From the NCBI RefSeq assembly GCF_009914755.1, contig NC_060938.1: a DNA stretch of 64,000 nucleotides; one strand, 5' to 3'. The stretch comes from the human T2T-CHM13v2.0 reference genome, Homo sapiens. This document shows, piece by piece, positions 40,592 to 54,830 of the stretch. The position numbers and the translations under genes were made by a program. How positions within the stretch are numbered: the first letter of the stretch is position 1; each line of letters opens with the position of its first letter. Below the pieces are notes generated by a model. It did not search any database and was not told the DNA's origin. It saw nothing but the letters and a program-made list of their open reading frames with translations.

Positions 40592-40949
40592 GGTTGGTAA
40601 GAGACATCAATGGGCTCTGGAATTGAGTAAGCAAATCAGAAGCAGTGTAGCTGAAACTGAGAAGGCATTCATCCATAATGTTGATAACCTCCTTGACAGT
40701 CAAAGCCAGGACCAGATAGGAGAGTGAAGCAGAAGCTTCTAGGGAACTTCAAAAGGCACTGGGTGGCAGGACTGGAACATTTGTAACTTAGTGAGACTGC
40801 ATCTCTATGGGGGCCTCACAGCTGTTTCAGTATAAGCATCCCCATTTCTCAGGTCATTTCCTTGTGTTTACAGCTAGACAGTGTGAGAAACTGCATTCTC
40901 CAGTTCACTAGTATTAGTTACATATCCTGGGTAGGAAGACTGGTTAAAT

Positions 40950-41110
40950 AACTGCTGGGCACAGGGCAACATGAAAATGTGGGGCTCCTTGTTCAAAAAT
41001 GATTAAGAATATCAAGACAATGACCACAAAGCATTAATCCAAGCATGGAGTCCTTCTAAGTGTGGAGCCCTATGCAACTGCATGGGTTACATGCCCATGA
41101 AGCTGTCCCT
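40950..41110. mobile_element. MER91A-like hAT-Tip100 MITE
   Basis: ATGAAAATGTGGGGCTCCTTGTTCAAAAAT..TTAAGAAT...CATGCCCATGAAGCTGTCCCT. Confidence 0.65.
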
Positions 41111-41865
41111 AATGAGGATGAAGTTACGATTTGTTCATTCATTTCATTAATCCACTCATTTTAGAAGCATATATTGAGCATCTGTTATGTTAAGGCATTG
41201 TGATCAGTGCCAGAGATATAGCAGGGCACAAAACAGAGAAGTGCTCTGCTGTTATGAAATTTATATTTTGTTTCTGTGATTGGGAGTCATGTTGCAGAAG
41301 TCTTAAGACTACTACAGTCAACACAGGGTCTAATACATATGGCTTTATTATGGATGTGAACAATACTGTCTGTTTCAGCAATTATTTCTCTACATTCATC
41401 CTAAGATCTGTCATCCTAAGAACAAAAGAAAAATTCCAAACCAGGCTTCACTTTTTTGAGACCATATACCTTTACTTACCCTTTAGATATCTGATCATAG
41501 ATTCCTTTTTCTATCAAAATCCCTTCTACATCTTAGAATAAGAAAGGTAACACATTCATTTGGTTTTAGTTTTCAGGTTCTTAAGAGTATTTACTTAGTT
41601 GATTAACCAACAGAGATTTTCTGAGTACTTGCTCTGTGTCTGGCACGTGGCTAGCTACTGTGGGGACCACTCAGCTAGTGTAAAGTCTTTTAAGAGGCAA
41701 GACAGAACCCCCAAAGGGGCAACATTTAGATGCAGTAATGCCCTTATTGGGCACTGACCCTGTAATAAGCTCAGTCATAAATACTGTCACCTTCTAGTCA
41801 CATATTCAATCTTCATTTCAGTGAGGTAGTACTTGTTACTAAAGATTAGAGAGAAAAATAACTTT

Positions 41866-42187
<322 letters not shown>

Positions 42188-42584
42188 CTAGTAAGTGTCA
42201 AAGTAAGTGGCATATACTTAAGTGCTAGGTGGAACATCTTTTTGAGCTGGCTTCATTGGGAAAGTACTCATGAATGATGTGCCAGGATAGTTCCCCGAAG
42301 GATATTTCCCTACCCAGTCCCCTTCATCTGAGAGCTGCTTCTGCTCTTCCCATGTGGCCCTAAGACCATGCTTGTAGCAGGAGACTCTACGTACCCTTCC
42401 ATGACCTCAGTTATTTGAACTAAATATATGTGCCGAATTCAACCTGGTTCCATTAGGTTGTTTCTCTTGGTTACCCGAAATCTGGACTCAATTTAATTAG
42501 CCTGTGTTGTCTGGGAAGTAATATAAACAAGGCCTAGGGCTTCCTTGTTTGCTTTTGTGCATTTGGAAGCAGAAAAGCCAGTCT

Positions 42585-42885
42585 GGGATAGAGACAGAGA
42601 AAAGGGGGGAAAATAGAACCTTGTTTTGACAGAAAGAAAGAGAGAAAGAGCAAGGGACAGATAGACAAACAGATGCACACCCAGAGAGAAAAGCATAGAA
42701 AGAGACACAAGAGAGATACATAGAGTCTCTCAAGCAAGGCACAGAGAGATTAATACAGACACAGAGAGACAAAAGAAAAAACACAGGAGGAGGAAAAGGA
42801 GAGGGAGTAGCCAGGGCAGGGGCCGGGGTGGGGGAGGGGGGATGGGGGGTGTAGGGGAGAAGGAGAGAGGGAGAGGGGGAGAAGT
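42585..42885. repeat. GA-rich low-complexity tract ending in G-runs
   Basis: Seen directly. Confidence 0.85.
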
Positions 42886-45800
42886 GACCTTTTCACTGAT
42901 ACAGACCCTGTGTACCCTATGTGACTCTACTGTCAACTATCTGTACAGTGAAGAGTACAAGATTCTAATATGGCGCCAAGGAGTTTATTTCCATACTCTC
43001 TTAACACCACAACCCATTGTCTCCACTTTACAATCTTTTCTATTCATTTTATATTAATGATGTAGCAGTGAATTCTTTTTCTTCTTTCCATATTTTTTTT
43101 TTCCGTTCCTAGATAAACCTGCACAGCTGGTATTTATTTCAGTTTCCTTTTATAGCTTGAAAAATATTTAGGCATGTTTACCACATGCGGGAATCTGGAG
43201 GCAGTTTATATATACATACATATTGACACATTTCTTTTTGAACCTGGATTATAATAAACATATTGATTTAATTTTTAAAATATTGGCTGATTAATAGACT
43301 GTAGCAATTTGAAATAACTCATTTATTTCCATCAGGCTCTTTCTGCTTCCAGTCCCAGTCCTTGAAAACCAATGCTATTTTTTGAAAGTAATATTTGGAA
43401 GATGTGATTGTGAAATCAAATGTGGAATATCTCTGCAAACTCTTTAGTTTCTATGGAAATAACTAAGTAAAATGTAATTCCCTTATCATGCACTAAAAGC
43501 TTAACTTGATTTGTGTTAAATTGACAAATGCAGTAGTGGATGCCTCTTATCAGAGGAGAGCATCATCTAGCTTGTTGTTCCATTATTGCAATCTCTGTGC
43601 TTTGCATTAAGGGTGCATTCCCTCAGATACAAGGGATAGAGTTCTTTGTCAGTTGGGAGTGGCACACGACACTTCATGGCAAAGAGTATGGGAAGCATTT
43701 GCATGGCTCTTTATCTAGTAGAATGTTGCAAGTACGGTTTCCTTTAACAGCTAGAGATGGATCCGTGTGGATCTCAGAACAATAGTGTGAGTAGAGACTG
43801 TACTTTTGGCACCATGATGTGCCTTTTGTGGGAACTCCATGTTTACTCCTTGCTTGATGAAACTCTTGTTCATCATGTCATTGTTGAAAATGCTCTGCTC
43901 TGGTCTACGGGCCTGCTTTGTAATAAACATATTGTCAAAAATTTTCAGAGGCATCCAGTTAAAGGACCAAATGTTTACAGAAGAGCAAGCAGGCCATCAC
44001 CTCTACAGGGAACCAAACAATATTGCTGTGGCTTAGAGGAAACTCTGAAAGTCAAGGTGTCACATCTTGAAATAGACTGAAATAACTGACTGTTGGTAAT
44101 CACACCAAAGTCAAGTGAACTTTGGAGTAGGTAATCAAAGGATAAATCCAAATAGCTCCAAAGAGACATGGAGAACAGAAATATTATATAAAAATTTGAT
44201 GTACAGATTCAAGAGTCTCAAAAGAGTTTTTTGCACATAATCCCAAAGAGCCCTTTTGGTGCCATCATTATTATCTGTTGTGCTACAGTCTGGATTTCAA
44301 GAGCCAATAATGCTCTTTGGATAACTTTGAACATACTGGGTATTTGGGATCTGTTTCATTTCTACCAAATGTTACGTTTTTAGTGTTTGTCTTTCCCTCT
44401 TTGTAATAATTACCACCAACATATTTTAGAATAAAAGCCAGTTTGCTAAATTATATCTGCCTTCCCAATTGATATGAAGTATTTCAAGTATTGTTCAGAA
44501 TCCACCTGTTTCTAGAAATTTTTTTCTTCTCCTTTTTGACATCAAACAGATGGTTTGACCATACTTGGGAGGAACCAGAAGCATAAATAAAACGATGATT
44601 TTTAAAGTTAGATGTGAGAAAGAAAGGGAGAGCTCCACTGATTAGATAAAGCCTAGTCAAATCACTTTTACAGGCATCTGCAAATATTACAATTAACAAT
44701 TGTTAAAAGTTGAGCAGGACTTAATTTTCCTTGTGTGGCAACCTCATAATCCAGTTCCTGTCTCCATAACTTTATATATGTTCTTCTCTCTGTCTAAAAT
44801 TCTCATCCAACTCAGTTGCTCTTTTAACCTTTATTCACCTACAAAATCCATATCAATGGCTACTTCCCCTCTGAAGCCTTTCCTGAACTGTCTAAAATGA
44901 TAGTCCCTCTCCTCTGAGATTGGCAATCAATTACACACAGTGTGGTTCAAATTATTAAGGATCATAGTGATCACTTTACTCCCTGAGGTCAGAAAATATT
45001 TCTTATTTGTCTTTGCCACATTAGCGCCTACAACATGTGTCACATGGCAAATGCTCAGTACGTATTTGTTAAATGAACAAACGGATTTATTACATAAATT
45101 ATGGTTTGGCTATTTAACATTTAACAGAAAACTTTGTAGCTATTAGAGATTGTGTGAGAAATATTTCTAATATTAAGTGATGACCACAGGTTATAAAACA
45201 ATATTTGGAATATGATCCCAAATATGTTTTTATATGTGTATATGTGCACAGAAAGGGATTCCAGAAAGCTATAATTACACTAAAATATTGCAGTCTTTAT
45301 TTCTTGGTAATAATATCAAAACGATTTCCTTATTTTCCAAATATTTTCGCTAAGCATGCATTTTATATGCTACAAAAAAATTAATTATAATTAGAAAAGC
45401 AGGTCATTTAATAGCATCACCTGTCCTTTTTGACAGAAAGTCCCTCAGTGTTCTTACTTGGTTGACATTTTTAATTCCATGTAGCATTTTTCTTTTCTTG
45501 ATGGGCTAGTATTTAGGTATGGTGACTGTCACTACTGGCCTAGGAGCTAGTTGTACAAATAAATATCCACTTTGAATTTTCTCTAGTTTACAAATGGGTC
45601 TGCATGTAAATATAAATTACAGTCAAATATAAAGATATTCAGTCTATGAGTGCAGTTTAAACTGAGAGATGAAACACGAGAGGGCAAAGAAGAGAGGCAG
45701 ATGAGGTCATGGCATCACGCAGGTATTTAACACTTCTTTGATGTTTTAATTTTCAATTTTCCAGTGTAAAAATCCTAGAATAAATAGTAGCAATCTCCAT

Positions 45801-47399
45801 CTTTCTATTTTGTGCTATTGTTTTACCGTTGCTGCTTTGATAAAAATTGTATTCTCGCCATTTCAGAGGAGAATTAATACCTTCAAACCTCATTATTGTG
45901 CAGTTGTCCCCTAGTGGTTTTTTTGTTTGCACGTTGTAATTATGGATAGCATTAATTGCTCACAAAACTACCATTTCTCCTTTTTACTTTTGCATATATT
46001 TCAAATACCCATTATACCTCCTCCGTCTCTTATATAGTGAATCTGTTTCATTGCAGTACGACAATGCGTTTGTCTTTTGCGCTGCCCTGCACAGGGTTAG
46101 AACAATTTGTAATAATCCACACTATTATTTTGGAGCAGAGCTGACTGTGGGTTTCAGTGTAAATCTTCTCAAAGCACTTCTTGCCATAGAAGCACATTTT
46201 TTTTTTCAGAGATACTATAATTCTGGGTTGTATTTGTTGCTTCCTTTGGCAACCAAATGTCCCATCACTGCAAATTGATGGCAGTAAAATTGACCTTTAT
46301 TATGGCCTTTTTATTCGCTTAACTCAGAAGGATTTACAGCATTATATTTTGTTACCACATTGACTGTTAATGGGAACTATAAAAGAATGACTGAATTCTA
46401 CATATCCTTTTGATTTTCTAACAGCCTTGGCATTATTTACCAACTAGACTTTCAGATTTAAGCTTTTTCTCTTGGACGGTTCTGAAAAGGTTTTGTAAAA
46501 CCAAAGCATCTTCCTTATGTGAGATGCACATTTTGCTATATACTGTCAAAATAATTAAATGCTTGTTATAAATTTGGGCACTTAAAATGACAAAGCCATT
46601 GCATGTAGAATAATGGAAGAAACAAACAAAAATCTGAAAAAAAAAAACCCTTCAAAACTACAAGGTAATTCAAACTGCTTCATCTGTAAATAATGAGAAT
46701 TTAATGAGGCTCATATTCCAAAATCTCTCCTTTCTAAGTATATAAAACATTTATGTTCATACTAATTGTCTTTCCTGTTGCATTCTTAGGATAGTGTTCA
46801 CAGGGGAAAGGTTAAATTTTTTAGGCTGAAAGTGTTAAGGCTCAGCCCAGGACTCCTTTCAACATGGAAGGAGGACACTTGGAGTTTGCAAATCTGCACT
46901 ATAAGGGATGAGTCTCTCATGTCTAGTTATCAGAGTAAAGGAGAAGAATCATTCCTGAAGGCATGAGAGTGAATAAAACCAGGAGGGAGTTGCTGGAAGG
47001 GATGGGATAGGTTTTGTATCTTAGTTCCATGCAGCCTCTGCAATGGCCATGATAAAAACCTGTTAGAGAGGCCTGAAGTGAGAATGTTGGTGACCACAGG
47101 GAGAAATAAGTGCCAATTTCAGTCCACAGACTCTGTCTTTGCTAAAAAATCCAAATTTCCCTGTCAATCTGCTGCCATTTTAACCAGTAGTGTTGTACTA
47201 ACTATCCAAAATTTTATCCAGTTTCCAAAGAGACAGGTTTTTAAAAACCTATCTTTCTTTCACTCTCTATATAATGGGATTTTATTTTCTGAATCTTTTA
47301 ATTTTTAAATATAGTCTGAAGTGCACTAGATTAATACTTTTTTATGCTTTTGAATTGGTCTTTAGCTATTTCTTCTTTTTTTTAACAAGAAAGAATTGT

Positions 47400-48410
47400 T
47401 CTAATCTTTAGATATTTCATGTTACACACTTTATTTTTAACTTATAATTTTAGTTTTTAAAAGTCATATACTTTCATAGTTTAAAAAAATGGTCCAAACT
47501 CTTCAAAATTTAATGTTATGGAAAAATGCAAAAATCTCAAAACTCAAACAAAAAAACCAGAACAGTAGTCCACAATAAAAATTATTAAAACAATATAACA
47601 AGAGATTCACTGAGAACCATTAATCTCACCTTTTCCTCTTCTATCTCGTTTTCCAGCTCCACACACTCTGGATATAATCAGTAGCTTATATTTGTTTATC
47701 TGTATATCCAGTGGTTAATTTAACTAGCTATGTGCTAAAGAACAATTGGGCTATTTCCATACATTTGTGATTACAACCAATATTACAATGAATTGGCTTG
47801 TATAGACATTGTCATGTGTACTGTTTTATCTGTAGGATAAATTTCCAGAATTAGGATTGCTGTATCAAATGCTAAATTTATTTGTCACTCTGTTAAATAT
47901 GCCCAAAAAATTGCCTTCCACTGGGTCAAATGCTAAATGCATTTGTCATTTTGTGAAATATGTCAAAAAAATTGCCCTTTCTAGGGCACTCCCACCAGCA
48001 ATGCAAGAAAGTGCCCTTTTCCTACAGCCTTGCCAATGGAGTAACTTGTCAAAATGTTGGTTTTGCAAAATCAATACGTAAAAATGTATGCCAGGACAGT
48101 TTTAATTTGCATTCTTTTATTATGAATGAGGTTAGACACATTTTATATATATGTTCATATTGTTTTTAAAACTAACTGTTCATGACTTCTGCCTATATTT
48201 CTATTGGGTTGCTGGTTCTTATTGATTTCTAGAATCTCTTGAAATATAATGAATATTACATCCTTGGCTGTGATATGAATTGTTAGCATTTTTCCAATCA
48301 TTTGACATATGTCTTTGCTTACACTGTTTTATTGTTGTTACTGTTGTTTTGCCAAGCATAAGTTTCAAATTTTCGTGACTTCAAATTCCTTAAAGCACAT
48401 ATTGTGTTTC
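47400..48410 (-). mobile_element. Ancient L1M (L1MC/ME) 3' region
   Basis: GTAGGATAAATTTCCAGAATTAGGATTGCTG...CACTCCCACCAGCAATG...GTTTTAATTTGCATT...TTTCTATTGGGTTG. Confidence 0.7.
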
Positions 48411-48574
48411 TGGGTTACCAGGAGAAGGATTCTGTGGTGTAAGACTGCCCAGGTAGCTTTGAGAGTTTATACTTCGAGGACTCCCACCTCTGTTGCTACA
48501 GAAAAAGGGAAGGGCTCTCTTTAATATATGCACAAGCATTCGTCTCCCTGCTGCTTTTTGGAGGCTGCACAGCG

Positions 48575-48790
48575 TTGGGGATCAGAGCACAGACTTTGAA
48601 GCCAGACTGCTTGGGTTGAATATTGGTGAATCCGTTATTAGCTGATGATCTTGGGCAGGTGTGTACCTCAGTTTCCTCATCAGTAAATGGGCATAAAAAG
48701 AGGACCTGTATCTCGGGATAGTTGGGATTAAATGAGCTGCTATATGTACATGTGCTTAGTACAGTGCCCAGCACATTGTAAATGTTTGCC
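48575..48790 (+). mobile_element. MIR SINE
   Basis: AGAGCACAGACTTTGAAGCCAGACTGCTTGGGTTGAA...CCTCAGTTTCCTCATC...CTTAGTACAGTGCCCAGCACA. Confidence 0.85.
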
Positions 48791-49859
48791 CTTGTTCTGC
48801 AATGGTGAGAAAATGCTGATGAGCCCAGTAATTTTCACCTGCCCAACGTTTGCTTTCACCAGCTACAATACCTGTTCCTGGTTCGTGAGAACCCTGGGCT
48901 CCCTTGCTTCGTACTGTCACAAGATACAGCCCTTGCCCATCAAGGGAAGAATGCAGTTTTACAAGGCATTTTTGAAAATTCTTGTAGAGATTTGCCCACA
49001 TTGGGCCCCCTAGTCATTTTCTGAACCTTTTCTCCCTGTTTGCCTCACTGATAATACCCTGAGAGACCTCATTTCTGCTCCCAGCAGTCCCTCTGGTGGA
49101 GGGATCTTCTCCTTTAGGAGATGCCATTTGCTGGAGCTTTCTGAACTCTGCTCTCACTAGATCTTCTCCAGACTCCCTGGAGCATGCTCATGATGTGCAG
49201 CAAAGGTTTGCTTGTCAAATAAAACTGGAGCAATGCCAATGCACAACTTGGAGTTTGTGGGTATTTCCTGAACCCCAGCTTTACTGATAATTTGTGGTTT
49301 TCCTCACTATCTTTGGATTTCCAGGATAAACAGTAGGAGATTCTAGATGACGCTTCCACGGTGCCACACTGGAATTGGTCTTCGTTTGTTTTTCTGTGGA
49401 TTTTCTTTTAAGGACTTGGATTTTAGTTTTAATTTTTTGGCATTCCTTACAGCATCAAGCATAGTGTAAAATAAATGGGTGGTTGAGTGAAGGATCTTCC
49501 ATGAGAATTTCTGACTGAGGTCATGCACTTCCTCCAAATTCAGATCTGCAGCATGTGATTCTAAGGGGCCACTGGAGAGTCTGGGCACCCTGACCCTTTG
49601 CATTGAGTTCTTTCTATACTTCTGGTATTGGCAGCCTTGTCCTTGTATAGCTTCACAAAGTTCCACCACCACTACAGAACAGAAGTTCATGACCTGGAAG
49701 TGACAATAAATATTCTCTCTTAGTAGTTTATTCAGTTTTGAAAAAGAGGAACTCCCAGGACGTTTGCTAGTCTGGGAATTCACTGGGTTTCACAGCAGAA
49801 TTTGCATTTTTCATTTACTTTTTATCTCCATCTACAATTTTTGATCATTTACATTGTTT

Positions 49860-50070
49860 TAGGCACCAGACTACCGTGCTAAATCCTTTCCATAAATAAC
49901 TATTGTTCTCTTCACAGCAATCTTCCGAGAGGTAGCTATGACTATACTCATTTTATAAATAAGGAAACTGGGATGCAGAAACATTTATATAATTTTCCCA
50001 AAGCCGTATGGCTAATAAATGGCAAAGCTGGAATTTGAATTTAGGCAATCTGACTCTAGGACTCTACTGC
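49860..50070 (-). mobile_element. MIR SINE
   Basis: CATTTTATAAATAAGGAAACTG...GGAATTTGAATTTAGGCAATCTGACTC. Confidence 0.8.
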
Positions 50071-50299
50071 CAACCAATACTTTATTCTTCTGCTCTGTTG
50101 TTTTGATACTTATGATAACTTAGGACTATATGAATAACTCTGCCGTTAGCCTCAAAATTGCACTTTAAATTAAACAAGTGAACAGGAGAATGAGTAGGAT
50201 TCTAGAAATCCCAAGAAAGGTCTGTTTGGGTTAGGAGTAGCTGTGGCAAGTGTCACTTGGTATGCAGTTGAGAAAACTAGGCTGGCAGAGAATAGTCAG

Positions 50300-50505
50300 T
50301 GATGATAATAATAACTAAGAGTTGCTAAGTGCTTACTATTTGCCTGACACCTTTCTAAGAACTTTGGGCATTTACTAAGTTGACCCTGACAATAGCTGTA
50401 TGAGGTGGGCTGTATTATTTCAGCCATATCAGATGAGAAATCTGAGGTCAGGGAGACTAAGTATTTTGCCCAAGGGCACAAGGCTAGTATGAAGTAGAGC
50501 TTAGT
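50300..50505 (-). mobile_element. MIR SINE
   Basis: CAGATGAGAAATCTGAGGTCAGGGAGACTAAGTATTTTGCCCAAGG. Confidence 0.75.
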
Positions 50506-52260
50506 GTTTCTCAGCAATTGGCCTGGGGTGCACTCCCTCATCCACTGTGCTTTCTTTTTGTCCTGTGATGGTGAGCAAATGTGAATGAATCCATGGGCCA
50601 GGCAGTTTGCATCCACCCATAACTAGATTGTCACTGGTAAGAGATTTGGTTCATAGCCTTGACTGGAATGAAACCACTCTTTTTGTATCAAAAGAGAATG
50701 ATAAACACTTAGAAAGTCACAACATAGAAATGTGTGTATTTTTAGAGAACAAGAAGTAATCTCAGAATAGTAAGATCATAATTTCAAGTAGTGTTTAGGA
50801 ACTGTTTTTGTTAAAGAGCAGCTTCACCTTTCAGAAAGAGTTGCATATACAAATGATAGGGATGCGGCCACTTGAGGTATGAGACAGTATACTCATACTT
50901 TATGATCCCCAAATGTCCATAACCTTTATCTCTAAAGCATGTTCTCAGGCTTTCAACCAGTACTGATTTTCTGTTTCTACAGCAATCATTTAAAAAGGCA
51001 ATATGCCTCACCAGGTGAGGTCAAGGAATATTAGCATAATTTCACTTCAGTCTTTTATTCTTTGTTGGTGTAGTTTCTAGTGATTTGTTCACACGTGACT
51101 CAGAGAATATCGGTAAAGGAAAACAAGAATCAGAAAATGGTTAATTACTAAAACAACCTGTTTCTTTCTACACTGAAGAAAGAATTTTACTCAGTGCAGG
51201 ATGTCAAAGATTTTTTTTTTAAAAGAAGTATGAAGGCTGAACACATCTGTTTCTTTGTTTGCTTTAAGAATAGTATCCTTTTTTTTCTTGTTGATTTCAC
51301 AAGATAAGGCAATGAAGGAATACAGAGTCTTCATAAAGTAATTCAAAATGATGACACGTTTCATCTTTCTCCATTATTGTCCTACTCTCTATTCAGCCTG
51401 CAACAATTAGAAAGAGGCTTTTGTGTGATGAGCACTCCACTTGGCCTTTGTAGATGTACAAAAGAAATATGGACTCTGTCCTAGGAGGCTTACAGTCTAA
51501 AGCTGTTCGAATTATACTTAACTAAAATGTAAAACACTCAGAATATATCCTATGATTTTTCTTTGCAAAACAAATAACCATCTAGACATGAAATTAAATT
51601 GGCTGATTTAAGAATGGCAGGTATGCATAATGCATATATATGCATGTCTGTATGTATGCATGTTGTTATTTATTGCTGAATTGCATAGGGTATTATACAG
51701 TCATAACATCAACTGTGGATAAAGGACAAATTAATTTGGGAACAATATAATAACAATTGCATCACTATGTTAAAATTTTTAAACTAGATTATTCCAATAG
51801 TTGCAAAATTGTTGTTTTCTTTGAATTTTGGCTGATATATAGAGTGTAAGTTAGGTAATATTTGTCAGTAGTTCAGATATACTGAAGATGAACTTAAATA
51901 CTGAATTTCTTATATATTTCATTTTCATCTGTCAGAATGTTTTCTATCAGTTATCCTTTGTCATCTGAAACCTTGTTGTGATATTTAAGTAATCATTAAT
52001 CAGCTTTTCCAACTTGTTTTAACCATGTTGCACATGTAGAAAATTGCTGGAAGATACCATTTGGCTATTGACTAGCAGAGCCATCTATTCACTCCTTTAG
52101 CTTGCAAACACATTGTTTATACATGAACGAATAGAGTCCTCCTCCTTCTCCTTTTCAGTATCTTTATCTTTGTCCCTACACCAATCCCAAGTGCTCATTC
52201 AAAGAACAACTAACAAAAAGATCTAGGATAAAATCTAATGAACAAACCAACCTTATTCTT

Positions 52261-52357
52261 TTTTTGGATGTGCTTATTATTATTATTATACTTTAAGTTA
52301 TAGGGTACATGTGCACAACGTGCAGGTTTGTTACATAGGTATACATGTGCCATGTTG
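52261..52357 (-). mobile_element. Very short L1PA 3'-end insertion with 18-bp TSD
   Basis: TATACTTTAAGTTATAGGGTACATGTGCACAACGTGCAGGTTTGTTACATAGGTATACATGTGCCATGTTG; TSD CAAACCAACCTT(A/G)TTCTT at 52243-52260 and 52358-52375. Confidence 0.92.
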
Positions 52358-54830
52358 CAAACCAACCTTGTTCTTATTCAAATGGTAGCATGTTAGGTTC
52401 TATAGGAACTTGAGTGAAATATATGCGTAATCTTTTACTGCTGTAATGTATCCAAAAAAATAAAAGTAGTTAGATAATAGAACTCTTAACAAATGAACTG
52501 GAGGCAGCAATGCAAGATGAAGCTACTATGCCAGCTGTGTGACATAAATGAAGTACAGGTTCAAGCTGCTCAGAAGGTCACTGCATTATGACTTGGGGAC
52601 TGCAAGGCCAGGGGCAGCCTCTCAGAGGAATAAGGGCTTAGTCTAGATTGTGAAGGAAGAGTGAGATTTGCATGAGAATTATTTTCATTTAATTTAGGCA
52701 AAAGATTAAGTTATGATTTATGCTTGTAGATGAGTCCGTCTAAATACAATTTCCAGTCCTTTAAATGTTCATATGCATTCTTTGTCCAGCCATACCAGCT
52801 TCCAAACAATATTGAATCAAAAGAAAGTTTCAATCTTTCTGCTCTTGCATTATTGAATACTTTGAATATTCCCCAGGCCTACTCTTTCTGAAAACACTTT
52901 CCTACCATATGCAACTGTCTGAGAAAAATCTACTTGTATGCAGTAGATTGCTGTTATTCATTATTCATTACAACATTATTTAGTTGAACAACCTACCAAA
53001 GAAAACTTGGTTCTGTACGGGGAAATGTACAAACTCAGAGAACTAAATTATTTTACTATAAATGCTTTAAAAGGAGCAAGCTTTATGGTCCTCATTATTT
53101 GGTCTGTGCTGAGGAAACTAGTTGTCTCCAATGGAAAATAAGCCACAAAGGACAGAAGCTATGTGATCCAGTGTATTCAATAAAAGTTGGAGATGTAGAT
53201 TCTGCCAGCGATGCACTAAATGGATAAGGAAAGATCATTAAAGGTTTTACAGTTCTCAGTCAAATAATAAGCATTTATTGGGTAGTTCCTGTTTGCCTAG
53301 GACTGTTTTAATTTCTGGAAACACACATTTTATCATAGAATATGATTGACATAGTGTATTGCTTTCTGACTTTCCTTAGCATGTTGGGGTGAACAACTTC
53401 TTTTTTATGACTGTCCCTGGAAACATGCTGTTGCTTGTTTCTCCTTACTGCAGGAGGAAATCTTGGGCAGATCCTTTAGCTTCTCTGTGTACTCTCAGGT
53501 AATGAAGTGTCCAGTTCTGTCTAATATCAAAACTTCAAGCCATCATCCAATATTAAATGTCTTCCATCTCTCAGCTCCCTTCACTGTCTTTCTCACCCCA
53601 CCTGCTGCTCCCCTGAGATGTTCTTCTACCTCCTGTTGGCCCCCTGAGTTGGGTGCATCCGAAGGGCCACTATTCTCTCAAGATGGTCTGATCTGTTCCA
53701 TGGAAAATTCATGCGTCCTTTACCTTGATGATTCAGGATGAGTAGACCACCATAAATTAGCCACCTCTCCTTGTTCTAACATCAGAGCATCTTTAATGTA
53801 GCATTACTAGTTCCTGGATTTCTCAAAGGCGAGGAGACCCACATACAGTGCTGAGCAGTTCTCTTGAAATATTCCTCACTTGGCTCACCTTGCCCTCTGA
53901 CAGGGGGCAGGACCTCATGAAACACTGACAGTTCTTCCCATAGACCTATTTTCTACCTGCCTTTTTTAAAAGGATTGGATTATTAAATAGTCTAATTGTA
54001 GATAAGGAACTAATGGTTACAGGGTTAGTTTTGAATCTCTTAGCATGTGTTTTATAGAAGGGCTTGTGGCTCAATTTAGGATCCGGGAGTACCTGGCATG
54101 TGCTTTATTGTTCTTGCTCTTTGGGCCAGAACAACAACAAAATACATTGCGTTTAGCATTCTTCTACACAGTTTACATTTTCTCTCAGGTTGATGGCTAC
54201 TACCTTTATAAGTTAAATCTTTATAATTCCTTCCTAATGAGATGGAACATGACCATGGAAATATTTTGTACCAAAGTTCATTATATTTGTTATGTTATAA
54301 TAAATACTTAATTCCTGTCTAATGTAAATATATTAGACAGTTTTCTATTACAAAGAGACAAATGTACCATATTATTGATCATCTGTGAAAAGTGTTTGTC
54401 ATTAACTTATTACCTTGGGGATATTTTTAAAAAGTCATCAAACTTAATGTGTGTTTCATGTAAAATGTGACATGTTAATCATTAGTAAGAAATTACTTTT
54501 GAAAGAAATTGCTGTGGGGAGAATACTCTGAATATGAAGTTTTTAATTTATATTTTCATTCATATTTTACATTCATGTTATAAAATATTTGATTAGAAGC
54601 AACCTGTGCCACATATAACAATCTTCACATCTGTTCACTTAAATATTTTAGAAATGAAACCTTCCAACTGGTTCTGCAAATCTTCCAAAGAAATCCATTT
54701 CTTTTTAATCTGAACACTTTGTTAAAAATATGCAAATGCTGTATCTTCCAATTAGTTTTTCAGTAGAACTGACTGATATCAAAGAAGATAAAAATTTACA
54801 AGATGAATTTCTCAAATATGAAATTGGTGG

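Noticed and set aside
43540-44169. Cluster of overlapping short ORFs
   Set aside because: No homology or codon signal I can recognise; expected by chance
49343-49783. 146-aa minus-strand ORF
   Set aside because: Non-ATG start, no domain resemblance, no clear splice or promoter context
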